NCBI RefSeq assembly: GCF_006345805.1
Contig: NC_043006.1
Span: 102,424,001-102,488,000, forward strand
Length of the DNA: 64,000 bases
DNA from: Octopus sinensis
Lineage: Eukaryota
Reading direction: 5' to 3'
The translations under genes and the position numbers were made by a program. Positions 24,949 through 36,800 of this stretch are shown piece after piece; within the stretch, counting starts at the first letter, position 1, and each line of letters opens with the position of its first letter. Below the pieces are notes generated by a model. The model was not told where the DNA came from. It did no database searches and was given only the letters and a program-made list of their open reading frames with translations.

Positions 24949-26163
24949 ATATCGGACAAACGGGACGCCGCTTGGCTGACCGGTTCGCGGAACACCTTCG
25001 TGACATCCACCTTGCGAACGACACACGGTCTCACGCCATTTCCGCTCCACCGGTCACTCCTTGCAACACCTATCTGTGTTCGGTTTGTCCTTACACAGTG
25101 GCCATCCGGATTCCCGTTTGCGCCGTGAACAGGAATTAATCTTCTCTCTTCGCTCTTATACGCCATTTGGTCTCAACTCTCCCCCCCTCCTCATCTAACC
25201 TCACCCCCCTCCTCACCTATCCTTTCTCCCCCCGACCCCTACTTCTTCAGTCCTTCATCCTTTCACCCCTACTCCCCTTCCCTTCTTCCCTCTTTCTCCC
25301 TCCCTCTTCCCCTTCCCTCTGCTCCCTCACTCCCTCTCTCCCCTTCTCTCTCCCCCTCTCCCTCTTTCCTCCTTCATCCCCCTCATCCCCTTCCTTCTCC
25401 CCCATCCTATCCTCTCCCCCTTCTCCCCCCCCTCTTCTTCCCCTCCCCTTCTCTCCCCCCTCTTCTCCCCCTCCCCTCTTCTCCTCACTACACCACATGA
25501 CTTTACACATCACATCACATATGATGTGCCATACTAATACACACACCAACTAATACATACTAATACGTACTAATACATACTAGTACATACTAATACTTAC
25601 ACCAACCCTATACATACACACGTCCAGACCCCGCATACGCACTTATACTCTCTCACACCACACCTATACATACCAATACGTACTAATACATACTAATACA
25701 TACTAATACATACACCAACCCCATACATACGCACGTCCAGACCAATCTTACGCACTAATACTCTCTCATACACACAACACACACACACACCCTTATACAC
25801 TAATACTAATACAACCAACCCTATACATATACACATCCAGACCCCTCCCACGCACTTTTAGCTGGTCCCTCAACCCTTTTATCAACCCTATTATCTCCCC
25901 TTTTTCGCTCTCGCGTCTCATGTTTGATCTTTGACCTCTGCCGAAATCAGATCGCCATGTTGATTCGTTAGCTACTGCATGCATTTTTTTTCTCTCCTTC
26001 TTTCTGTGTTTTTCTCTCTCTGTGTATCTTTCTGTTGAAGAGCGTAGGCTCGAAACGTTAAAGACTTGTTTTATTTATATTTCCTGAGCGCCATACTAAT
26101 ACAATTGTTCGTTTGTTTTCCACCTGCCTTCGTCTTTTGTTTATTTTCATAAAGCTTCCCGTT
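24942..26163 (+). mobile_element. 5'-truncated Penelope-like element: GIY-YIG endonuclease C-terminus, polypyrimidine tract and pLTR-like 3' end
   Basis: YIGQTGRRLADRFAEHLRDI...(1-nt frameshift)...VSRHFRSTGHS...SRLRREQELIFSLRSYTPFGLN; C/T tract about 25180-25490; hammerhead-like motif at 26027; bounded by (TA)n/(TG)n. Confidence 0.85.
26027..26064 (+). ncRNA. Minimal type I hammerhead-like motif with variant core (CUGUUGA-A)
   Basis: UCUUU/AAAGA stem I, GAGC-GUAG-GCUC stem II, GAAAC-GUU with ACGU palindrome; A6 replaced by U. Degenerate copies at 5518-5555 (+) and 6278-6315 (-). Confidence 0.55.
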
Positions 26164-26294
26164 ATATATATATATACACACATACATACATATGCATACA
26201 CATCCAGGTGATCTGACCTAGGTTGATCAAGCCTAGGCCCTTGACCAAGTGGCACTCTACTGACCTGACTCTTTTCAGTCAGATTCATCTTGAC

Positions 26295-26548
26295 CAGTGG
26301 TTCCCAAACTATTTTGGGCTGCTGTCACCTTGGCACCTTGACCACATTCCTAGCACCCCACCCTACTTACCACCACAAACATAGACCACTTTCTGTAGTA
26401 AATTCAAAACCTAATTAACCTATTGTTGTTTTTACATCCATTGCCCCCTTTTGGCCACCCTATTATCACCTCAATTTTTCTTCAGCTCCCCTTTGGATCC
26501 ACCCCTCACCCTCCATAGGTGCAGTACCACCCACTTTGGGAACCACTG
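26295..26548. mobile_element. hAT (Charlie-like) MITE
   Basis: TIRs CAGTGGTTCCCAAA / TTTGGGAACCACTG; 8-bp flanks ATCTTGAC and ATCTAGAC (NTCTAGAN-type target). Confidence 0.85.
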
Positions 26549-26556
26549 ATCTAGAC

Positions 26557-26915
26557 ATTTTCCTTACATCCTCTACATTGTTCTTGATGGTTCTTCTTCT
26601 GTGAGCTCCTGAAATGCTCAGAGTTTCATAGGCCTTACTCAGAGTATGATCTGCAAATACTTGACTGCCAACCTCCACCAGCAAAAACCTTGCTCTCCAT
26701 TCATTCTTGTGGCAGTCCTTTGCCAAGTCCTGGTACTTGTTCTTCTTCTCCTGAGCTGCCTCCATTCTTAACCCCCAGGGCACAGTTAACCCCAGAAGGA
26801 CCAGCTGCATAGTTTTGCTGGGAACCAAGATGATGTCTTGTCATAGCAAGATCTGGTGACGTGTGCCAGAAACTTTAGCTATTTCTCTAGATCATCTTCT
26901 ATCAACCAGTCCTGT
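26557..26915 (-). mobile_element. Restriction-like endonuclease (RLE) C-terminus of a Hero/NeSL-type non-LTR retrotransposon
   Basis: DWLIEDDLEK...DIILVPS..QLVLLGLTVPWGLRMEAAQEKKNKYQDLAKDC..EW.A..LVEVGSQVF matches the PD..ELTVPW..K..KY..VEVG.RGF pattern. Confidence 0.75.
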
Positions 26916-28422
26916 GTTGTCTAATAGGAAATTCCTTTACATGTCTATCTAACATGTAAAACTTTGTAATTCCTATTAGCAAATGAAATGTGTGTAATGG
27001 TGAATAGATAATATCAAATGTTTTTCAACTTCCTCTTTTGGAAGCAAACAATATTTCTAGAATTTTGTAATATGTATCTTACATCATTGCAACGACAGCA
27101 TCTATGTATTAGATTCTAATACTGGAATTACTAGATGTGCTTCAAGAGGACACAGCTTGGATTTTGCCATGCCTACGTAATATACATGTGGGTGTGGCCG
27201 TGTGGTAAGAAGTTTACTTCCCAACCACATGGTTCAGAGTTCAGTCCCACTGTGTGGTACACTGGCAAGTGTCTTCTGCTATGGCCTTGTGCCAACCAAA
27301 GTCTTGAGAGGTGCTATTACTCTGGGTCAGAGTAGATCTGGGAACAACAGTGACTAAAAGGTGATTTCACAATCCTTAAAATCTTGGAACTGCCACAATA
27401 AGGCCTCACCACCAGTTGTAGTTTAAAGTCTTACCCATCCTATCAAGACTGAGGGATGGAAGCTGGTAAAGTTATCATCAAATCATGGAACTGGCCTGAA
27501 TGCTTACTACAGAGTATGTTACTCTAAAGACACTCAAAAGTCAAATGGCACATTTAATCCAGAAGGTGGTGGATTAAATGAATCATAGATTTGTCAGACA
27601 TTATAGTGTGATTTGAAGGAGGTTTGGCTTCTATTTCTAGCATGTTATGCAACCTTCTAGAATTTTCCCTGATAGTTTATCATTAGTTAAATAAGCATTT
27701 ACTACCACACATGTTTTGAGATTCAAAGTTCTGGCTATGGTTCAAAAGTCTGCTTTTATTTTGAACTCAGCTGCTCTTATTGAATGATAAAATGTAGGTT
27801 TCTAGCTATGAACAACCTTTTTGCTTATAAATATTCATTTGACTCTTTTTTGCTATTTACACCCAAACTGATTTTAGCTGTTCACTGACTTAGATTTAGT
27901 GATAAGTGCAAAGGGAGAGTGATGAGAGAAGGAGAGATGTAAGGGAAAGGAATGTCCGAGGAGAGGTGGCATACACCTGACCAGCTCCAAGGAGCAGAGA
28001 CTATAATAGAAGTGAGAGAAAAATCAAAGAGGGGAGGCAATGCATCTGTGTACCATCAGCTGGAGCATGGCTGTTGGTGATTTTGTGCCAATCAGTTGGG
28101 CAGCCCTTTTCTGGATGAGGTCTAGGCTGTCTCTATCTGCATCAAGAGCAGTACCATCTCAGATATGAGAGCATTACAATTTGGCTTTGATTGACTTAAC
28201 AAATGGATCAACACCTGTTAATTATTGTTGTTGGCTTATCCATCAAATCCGAGAATAACAAATAATTGCTCTGATTAAAGAAATTGATGCTGAACATAAT
28301 TGAATTTGTAAGAACATAGTTTACACTAGAGAAAGCTGCAATAAAAGTACTTGGTAGCACCAAATGACCCTACTTTGCATTTGGAGGAAGGGACAGAGCC
28401 ATGCCCCTTGCAGGACCTCCAA

Positions 28423-28666
28423 GACTAGTGAGATTGATGTCATATGATTGATGACTAGTGAGATTGATGTCATTTATGATTGATGACTAGTGAGATTGAT
28501 GTCATATGATTGATGACTAGTGAGATTGATGTCATTTATGATTGATGACTAGTGAGATTGATGTCATATGATTGATGACTAGTGAGATTGATGTCATTTA
28601 TGATTGATGACTAGTGAGATTGATGTCATTTATGATTGATGACTAGTGAGATTGATGTCATTTATG
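28423..28666. repeat. Minisatellite, 8 units of 30/32 bp
   Basis: GACTAGTGAGATTGATGTCAT(TT)ATGATTGAT; unit order 30,32,30,32,30,32,32,partial. Confidence 0.97.
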
Positions 28667-28882
28667 TTCTGGTTATACTGTTGCAAGTCAATACCTGCAA
28701 GAAAGACATGATCATTCCAGAGGAACAATGTTCTTCAGAAGGAAGACTTGGAATAGTAATTAGTGTAGGGATGCAACAAGAATGGTGAAAGATGGAGAAA
28801 CAAGTTGATCAGGGGTATCTGAGAGGAGTAGGTACAAAGCCAGCCACCTTTGTGGAGCTGAGGCTGTTATAATAGTCTATAA

Positions 28883-29115
28883 AAGGCGGCGAGCTGGCAG
28901 AAATGTTGGCACGCCGGGCGAAATGCGTAGCCGTATTTCGTCTGCCGTTACGTTTTGAGTTCAAATTCCGCCGAGGTCAACTTTGCCTTTCATCCTTTCG
29001 GGGTCGATTAAATAAGTACCAGTTACGCACTGGGGTCAATGTAATCGACTTAATCCCTTTGTCTGTCCTTGTTTGTCCCCTCTATGTTTAGCCCCTTGTG
29101 GGTAATAAAGAAATA
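28883..29115 (+). mobile_element. SINE family B, intact, 15-bp TSD
   Basis: GGCGGCGAGCTGGCAGAA...GAGTTCAAATTCC...AAAGAAATA; TSD TATAATAGTCTATAA at 28868 and 29116. Confidence 0.9.
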
Positions 29116-30529
29116 TATAATAGTCTATAATAGACTTTAGTTTGGTCCCCTACACATGGAGAAAGCTGGATAAGGATGAATGGCTCAAAATGTTGTGAGT
29201 AAATAAAAATAAGATTAAGGATTAGTAGAAAATCTAGAGATAAATTTTTTTGTTCTCAGTCTTGAGTGGAGAATAAGTGAGTTTACAAAAGTTTTGTAGA
29301 TAAAGAGAGAACAAGATATTCTCATTTGTGGACTAAGAGGAAAAAACTAGACTTCTGGTGCTTCAGAATCCCTGCAGTTGTGAACAATGGAAGTGGCAGA
29401 TAGATTCTGTCAATGAACTGATTAATGATTGGGGAAAAAAGTATTATGAGGGATTCTATATGCAGTCACAAATCAGCAAGAAATAGTAGCCAAATCTCAT
29501 CGAAATCACAATACTGTTAAAAAAAAAAAGGAATACAGCCTTAGTTATGGTACATCTAAAAAAAGAAAAAAAATTGAAATAAACATGACAAGAACATCTT
29601 TGACTAACAGACTGCTTGATCAGGACTTCTTTCGAATAAATAACATTAGTAACTGTAATAAGGATGGCGGTAAAGTTGATGTTTATGTGTTAGCAAGGTT
29701 GGATCGTGTGGGAAGAAATTTAGGGAACTGTTATCTCTGTCTACATCAAAGGATTTGTTTCTCTTTGGAGAGAGAAAGAAATTATATGGTGCAAAGATCA
29801 GTAACAGAGGAATGTTTCAAAGAATCTGTGACAATTTGAAGAGAAACAAGGACAACAATATGGCTGAAGGATGGAGATGGAATGGGCAATAGAAGCAAAA
29901 GTAAGCAGAATAAACTGAGGAACATGAAATATATTGAAGAATGTGGGGAGGAACAGTGATGACTGGTGGTGTTTAGCTTCAACTTAAGCAGTCCTATAAT
30001 CAATGCCATTTCAGACAAAATGTATATAGAAAAAAAAACAAAAAAACTGAGGTCAAATACTCAAAGACATCACCTACTCGAAAAACAATCGTTAAATTTG
30101 CGACAATATATTAAATGAAGTTAGTTTCCCACCTCCTCAAAATAGACGATAATTTTAAGTAAAGTCATTAGCTTATTTTTTCATCCTTTAATTAGCAGAG
30201 TAGGCAGTGCCCGTGACCCTTTACAAGGCTTCTAGGATTAGTGGTAGGAGGGAGCAGGGCAAATATCGTCAAAACAGAGACTTGGTCCATATGTTTACAA
30301 CAGAGTGGATACTGTTAAAGACTCTTATCATATCGGTGGGGTAAACTGTGCAGTTGATTATACCTATCACTCATGCAGGTCATGGAAGGATTTGAACTCA
30401 GAACACAAAGAACTAGAACAAATACTGCAAGGCATTTGGTTCAACATTCTAACAGTTCCATTAATCCACCACTCTGAATTATGATGGAGAGCAGCAAAGT
30501 TCTTGGCTTTAAGGGCATCACGAAAGGCC

Positions 30530-30695
30530 TTGTTGGTGGTCCAATATTCCGAGTTCCTTTACAGGGTCTAGAAAAACTGAAGGACCAATGCAATAAGTGT
30601 GTGAATCTGAGAGAGGAATATGTTGAATGAAATCATAATTAACTGATCCTCCAGTGTTTTCTTTTACCCAAAGCAGGAAACTTTTCAGCACTTCC
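30530..30695 (+). mobile_element. mariner transposase C-terminal remnant
   Basis: QGLEKLKDQCNKCVNLREEYVE* (30562-30630) matches the mariner GI.KL..RW.KC....G.Y.E* ending. Confidence 0.6.
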
Positions 30696-32903
30696 TTGCA
30701 GTATTTGTCACCATCTTGACAAGATGAAACACAAAGTTGACCTTGGCTGGGTTTGATCCCAGAGCATAGAAGGTCAGAACAAATAGCATGAGGTATTCCA
30801 TCCAACACTCTAATGAATCTGCCAATCCACCATGTAATGTAGTTATCTCTTAAAGCAATAGATACAAGATTCAAAGGTTCAAGTCTCATGGGAGTGGTGG
30901 TTCTTCTTTTTTCTGTTAGGTGGTTGACTTGATTCCTTGTTTAGCACCATTGCCTGGCCTTTGGATGCCTTTTGGAGTACTCTTAGTTACAAGCATTTAG
31001 GTCAATCACCTGTCACAAAATAACTTCCTTCCTTTCTCTCCATCTTCCATCTCAGAAACCCTGAACAAGGACACAGATGCTGACTTCCACTTCTTTCTAG
31101 AAGTCCTTTGTAACAGAGATAACATGTACTTCTCAAATTCACCTCCATCGTTCAGTAGAGCATCCTTTTTGACATCTACAAATAAAAATTAACTTAAAAA
31201 AAAAAAATAATAATAATATTCTAATCCTTTCAGCACTTTCAGGCAGTGGAATGGCTGAGTCATTAGAGCTTAGGACCAAATGCTTTGTGATATTTGTTTC
31301 AGTTCTCTGTACCCCAAATTCAAATCCTACTGAGGTGAATGTTGCCTTTTATCCTTTAAGAGGTTTTTATGTTTGTCTAAAGTCTCCCTTGGTTTTAGTA
31401 AAGAATCATGTATATCATTATAAGATATATAGATTGCATGTTCATTCGTAGAAGTAACAAAAGAAACTAACTTTAAAATAACAGTGGATCAAAGTAACAA
31501 ACATTACAAATTCTGGTGGTTTTTGATCCATTGCTTTGATAATTCACTTTGGGTTGCTGTTGGTTACATAGGTTCTGTTACATTAATTATCCTCTGAAAA
31601 AAACGGAAGAATCTGCATAATTTGCCCTGATGAAAAACTTTCACCCATCTCACTTGTAAATAATTTGTTGCACCAATTTATCCAAAACACATAATACGGA
31701 TTAGTTGTTTGAAGTATATTACACACAATGTGATTAGACCTTCAATCCAATTCTTATCGACACTCAACACAGCACAGGACTCAACAAGATAGGTATGTTG
31801 ACCAATCCGTAACGATTAATGTGATGAGCCTATATAACTCAAATGTTTTCTATATACCATAATAGAAATTGGTCTTGCTACAAGGTAATAAAGTATTGGT
31901 CAAGCGCAGTGGATTTTCAGAATTGTGAGGGTCTTAGTTGAGGTGCCTTTTGGTGTTTTTCTTGCTCTTTACATTGTAAGTTCATGGGTGGTTAGTTTAA
32001 TCCATCCTTCTCTTTAACATCGTCACCAGGTTTTGCTGTAAGCATTCAGATCAGGTCTCTGGCTAGAAGGTGACTTCCTTCTGACCTCATCCAGTCTTGG
32101 AAGGCCTAAAGAGAAAGGTTATAGATGATGTTCTTCTCATCCCTGACTAGCGATAAAAATGTGCAGAAGACGACTCAAGACATGTTTTGGTTCTGTAAGA
32201 GCTCCGTACCGACTGCATTCCGTTGAGAAGGTTTAAGACCAAACGTGCATGGAGTCGTCTCCCGTCTTTGTTAAAACTTTAAAATAATGTTAACACTTGA
32301 GCCGATATTGTTTTCGTTTTCTATTTTTTACCTAGTGGTATAATAATTTCCAATTAAGCTAACAGTTATTTTAGATTAAATACACTTCCAATTTCTTTTA
32401 GAGATTAGGGTGTTAGTTGAAGGGGATTTAGCTACTATTTCTAACAGATCGAACAACCACATTGATATTTCGTCGTTTCTCCCAGGAGCAATGGTTATAT
32501 AACTGAATAAGCATAAGATAGGTTAATGTTTTCTGGATGACAGGAGATATTTAGAATAGCATTAATAAATTTATTAACACCTGGAAAAATATCTGGCATC
32601 TCAGAATATGAGATCCAGGTGCGATGAGAAATTAAAAATTAAAAAAACGAAACACGAAACATTTTTAGAGATAAGAAAGAATGTTATGTGTTAGCCTTTG
32701 AAATATGTAAGCGTTAGACATTGTCATGGATATTTAAAGCATAAATGAAGCAGAAACCATTCTGCTGAGATGCTGCGATGGTATAAATTACTCCAGGTTA
32801 TGATAATTATTAATAAACTACAACATACTCGATTTTTAATTAATAATTTTAAAATTAATTGCGTGAGTTAAAGTCGTAATTATCTCCCTTGAACCTTCTG
32901 AAG

Positions 32904-33016
32904 ATGGCGGCCTCCATGGTGCGAGGTCGGCTTTGCAGGTGCTTGTTGCGGCGAACGAAACACTTGGAGCCAGGGTTCCCTCACACCTCGGTCCGGAATG
33001 CATCCTACTATGTCTT
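32904..33016 (+). CDS. Exon 1 (MAASMVRGRLCRCLLRRTKHLEPGFPHTSVRNASYYV-L), mitochondrial presequence-like
   Basis: aagATGG start context; donor TT|GTAAGT at 33017; phase 2 joins exon 2. Confidence 0.85.
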
Positions 33017-33783
33017 GTAAGTGCCCTATGATTTACAGAAAACACTTTTTGTTATATCTCATTAATGTTGTTTCCGTTTTATCTCCCTTCGATGTGAAGG
33101 TTACTGCGGTTTCTTTATTTCTTATATGACCCCCACTGCATCTCAGGGTGTGTTTGGGTGCATCTAAGGGTGTTTTGTGTGCATCTGAGGGTGTGTATGT
33201 GTGCATCTAAGGGTGTGTACTTGGGTGTGTATGTTTGTGTATGCAGTAAGGAGAGACTCCGTCTGATCTCGGACTGTTCTCTGTATTTTAAACGTAGAAC
33301 CAGCTGATTAGGCTGGAAGCATGGGAAGAGAGAACTGAAGTTTAGTAAATTCTTCTCGTGAATTATATCAATAAAACGTCTATTCAATCACTGTGTAATT
33401 TAACTTTAAAAAATATTCAGTTTCTTCTTTATATTAATATTTTTTTCCTCTAAATATTTCATGTGTCGGCAAGTTGACTCTTATGAAGTAGAGCATTTCT
33501 GTTATTTCTTGTAATGTTTCTTTACGAAACTAATGTCCTTGAGAATGAATGAACGTCACAGAATCTTATATATTCGTCATTTTATATTTTAAGAGTCTTT
33601 TGTCTTTGTGTTTTTTCTAAAAAATTACGACACAATTCATTCTGACATTTTCCTTCGAATTCAAACAAGACAGTGTTAACCCTATTATATTACCTTGCCG
33701 GACCTGTTTATTGTTATTTCTACTTCAAATGTCTATTAAATAGAGTGTGACTATGTAAGAAAATACTCGGTTGGCTATAAGCA

Positions 33784-33830
<47 letters not shown>

Positions 33831-36800
33831 ATATACATACACACACACACAATTATCGTATTATATAAGACTAATCGCGTGAAACCTTGCTTTCCCAGGA
33901 TGTTTTCGAAACTTTGTTTCGTTATTTCTGAAAATCTTTCAAATTTTATTAGATAACTTCAAAAGGTTCTCGAGGATGTTTGTTGACTTCGAGCCCCAAC
34001 AAATATTGAACTCATAAATACTATCGATCTTATGTTGTGTAGGCGTGCACTTAACCCATTAGCATTTAAACCGGCCATATCCGGCCAAAAGTATTCTACC
34101 TGTTCTATGTTCAAACTGGCCAGATCTGGTCTCTCACACCAACCCTACAATATCGTTTTAAAAATTGGGGTGATAGAACCAATGTCTTCTTTCACCTAAA
34201 TTTCTGGCCAATTGGACAGAATCGTTGACTCTTCAAAAATATACTTTGTAGTGTAACAACCACATGTGTATATAAACAAACTTACATTTGTTTTTTAGAA
34301 GCGTCGAATATGTATTGTGTAATACAGAGTGATATTTCGAACGCAGTATCACTGTTAAAATAGCAGAAAAATTGGGTATTATTACCCTTAGAAGGCAGAA
34401 AAAAGTTTTTTAGTATTTGTTTCAGCCCTTTCGGTTTTGAGTTCAAATCACACCAAGATCAGCCTTGCCTTTCATCGTTTTGGAGTTGATAAAATAAAGA
34501 GTACACTTTTACTGTTTCGTATAACCAGACGCGTTTAATATTTCTTTTCTACCTCATGAAGAAAGAAAAAGGGCAAGAAACTGTGTGGCTGTTTCCTTTG
34601 CTAATAATTTGATTCTATTACACCCATTTCTCAAGACTGGTGTAATAGTAAAATAATGCTAAATAAAGTACCAGTTATGTACTATGGTCGATGGTGTTCG
34701 CTAAACCTCTCCCCAAAATGCTGGCCTTGTGCCTAAATTAGAAATTATTAAAGTGTTGGAAAAATGCCATGCATACTTCCAGCATTTTACATTCCTAGTT
34801 CAAATCTTGCCAAGGTTAACCTTACTTTTTATCTTCTCAGGGGATCGATAAAATAAGGTATCAGTCAAATGCTAAAATTGAGAATCACAGCTCTCTTATC
34901 TTAAAATTGTTGACTTTGCATCTAAATAAGACGCTCAATTTTAGCATTTGACTGATACAGACACGGACTCAAAGATACATGCATACAAAAACATACAGTA
35001 AGCTTCTTTCAGTTTCTCTCTACCAAATCCACTGAGAAAACTTTGATCAGCCTGAGGATTTAGTAGAGGAGACCTTACCCAAGTTGCCATACAGTGGGAG
35101 TTAAATTGAAACCATGATTGGGAAGCAAAGTTCTTATTACACAGCCATGCCTGCACCTATTTGTGCATAAATGTTCCATGACTTCACATTTCACTGACTG
35201 AAACAGCAACATGATGTTTACATTGCTTCTTGATGGTCACTCTCATCATCATCTTTTGTCCATGCTGGCGTGGGTTGGACGGTTTGATCAGGGCTGGCAA
35301 GCTGAGGGGGCTGCATCAGACTCCAGTCTGATTTGGCATGGTTTCTATGGCTGGATGCCCTTCCTAATGTCAACCACTCTGAGAGTGTAATGGGCGCTTT
35401 TACGTGCCATCAGCATGGATGCCAGCTATGTGACACCATAATTTGCCATGACTATGATTTCACTTGGCTTGATGGGTCTTCTACACAAGCATGGCATATT
35501 GCCAAAGGTCTCGGTCATTTGTCATTGCCTCTGTGAGGTCCAATGCTCAAAAGTGCTCTTTATGTGCCACCAGCACAGGTGCTAGTTATCCAATGCTTGA
35601 AAGGTGCTTTTTATCTACCACTGGCACAGGTGCTTCTTGCACAACACCAGCATTGGCCACATTGTTTCCTTGAGGCCCAACACTTGATACATGGTTTTTA
35701 TGTGCAACCGGCATGGATGTCAGTTACAAGACACTGCTATGACCTATGCTTTCAAAACCAATCCTATGGAACAAATCCCTTACTTGACAAACATGCGAGG
35801 GGTTTGCAACAAGAAGGGCATCTGATGCAAAAATAAGTCCCACTCCAACTCATAATAACATGGGAAATCGGTCAGTAATCAAATGAATAATACCTAAGTT
35901 ATTCTTTAGAAATATTGGGTAAATACCCACCTAAACCTTTTTTTACTGAATGGTTCAGTGGATATGATCTTGGGCTACAAGCTTAGCAGGTTCAAATCCT
36001 TTGTAGGAATTTTGTGTCTCACTTACATTGGCTGATACTGTTACATCTTATTTAACCCTTTACCTGTCCTGTGTAATATGTGATGTCCTAAACAAGCTAA
36101 AGGTTAAATCAGGTGTTGTGTATCACGTGGTACACAGAACATATTTCCCTGGCATCCATTTGTTATATATGATACACATTCCTAATTTTTTTCAACCACT
36201 AAAGTAACTTGGGACTTATGAAAGGAAAGCTTTATATCTCTCAATGTCTGAAACTAGGACAAGTTAAAAGTATGAAAACATGCTTAAACATTGTGGACAA
36301 ACTTATGAAAATGTTTTAAATAGGCAAAGGGTTAATACCAACAGTTAACCTTTGAATACCTCTGGGGATGTTCATTCTATTGTAGGCATTTGGGTCAGGT
36401 TTCTGGTCTGAGGTTGATTTCCTCCTAATAATTTCAAAGACCCTGAAAAGTGGCATGGGCACTGCTTTTTCTCCTCTTGTTGAGTTATGAAAAAAGTGAC
36501 CATCCATGCAAAATTCATTTGTGTTCACCTTCAATACATTAAAGTTATAGAATCAATGTTTGGATGGAAAACCTATTTTATTTTGAACTTTTTTCGTTTT
36601 CTTTATTTCAGATTGCCAGAAATACCTCCAGACACAGCTGAAACCAATGCTGTCATGCGATTTAAAGAACTCCCCAAATTTGGTTCCATAACGCCAAAGG
36701 ATGTCGTGTTGGGTGCTGCTAAACTTGCCATTGAATTTGAAACTAATTTAGGCAACCATCTCGAACAGTTAAAAGGTTTGTAGCTTGGATTTCTTTTCCG

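Noticed and set aside
25167-25553. Pro/Ser-rich and Gly/Glu/Arg-rich ORFs
   Set aside because: Translations of a pure polypyrimidine tract inside the PLE 3' region
28423-28666. CRISPR-like regular repeat
   Set aside because: Units are contiguous with no unique spacers, the context is eukaryotic and there are no cas genes
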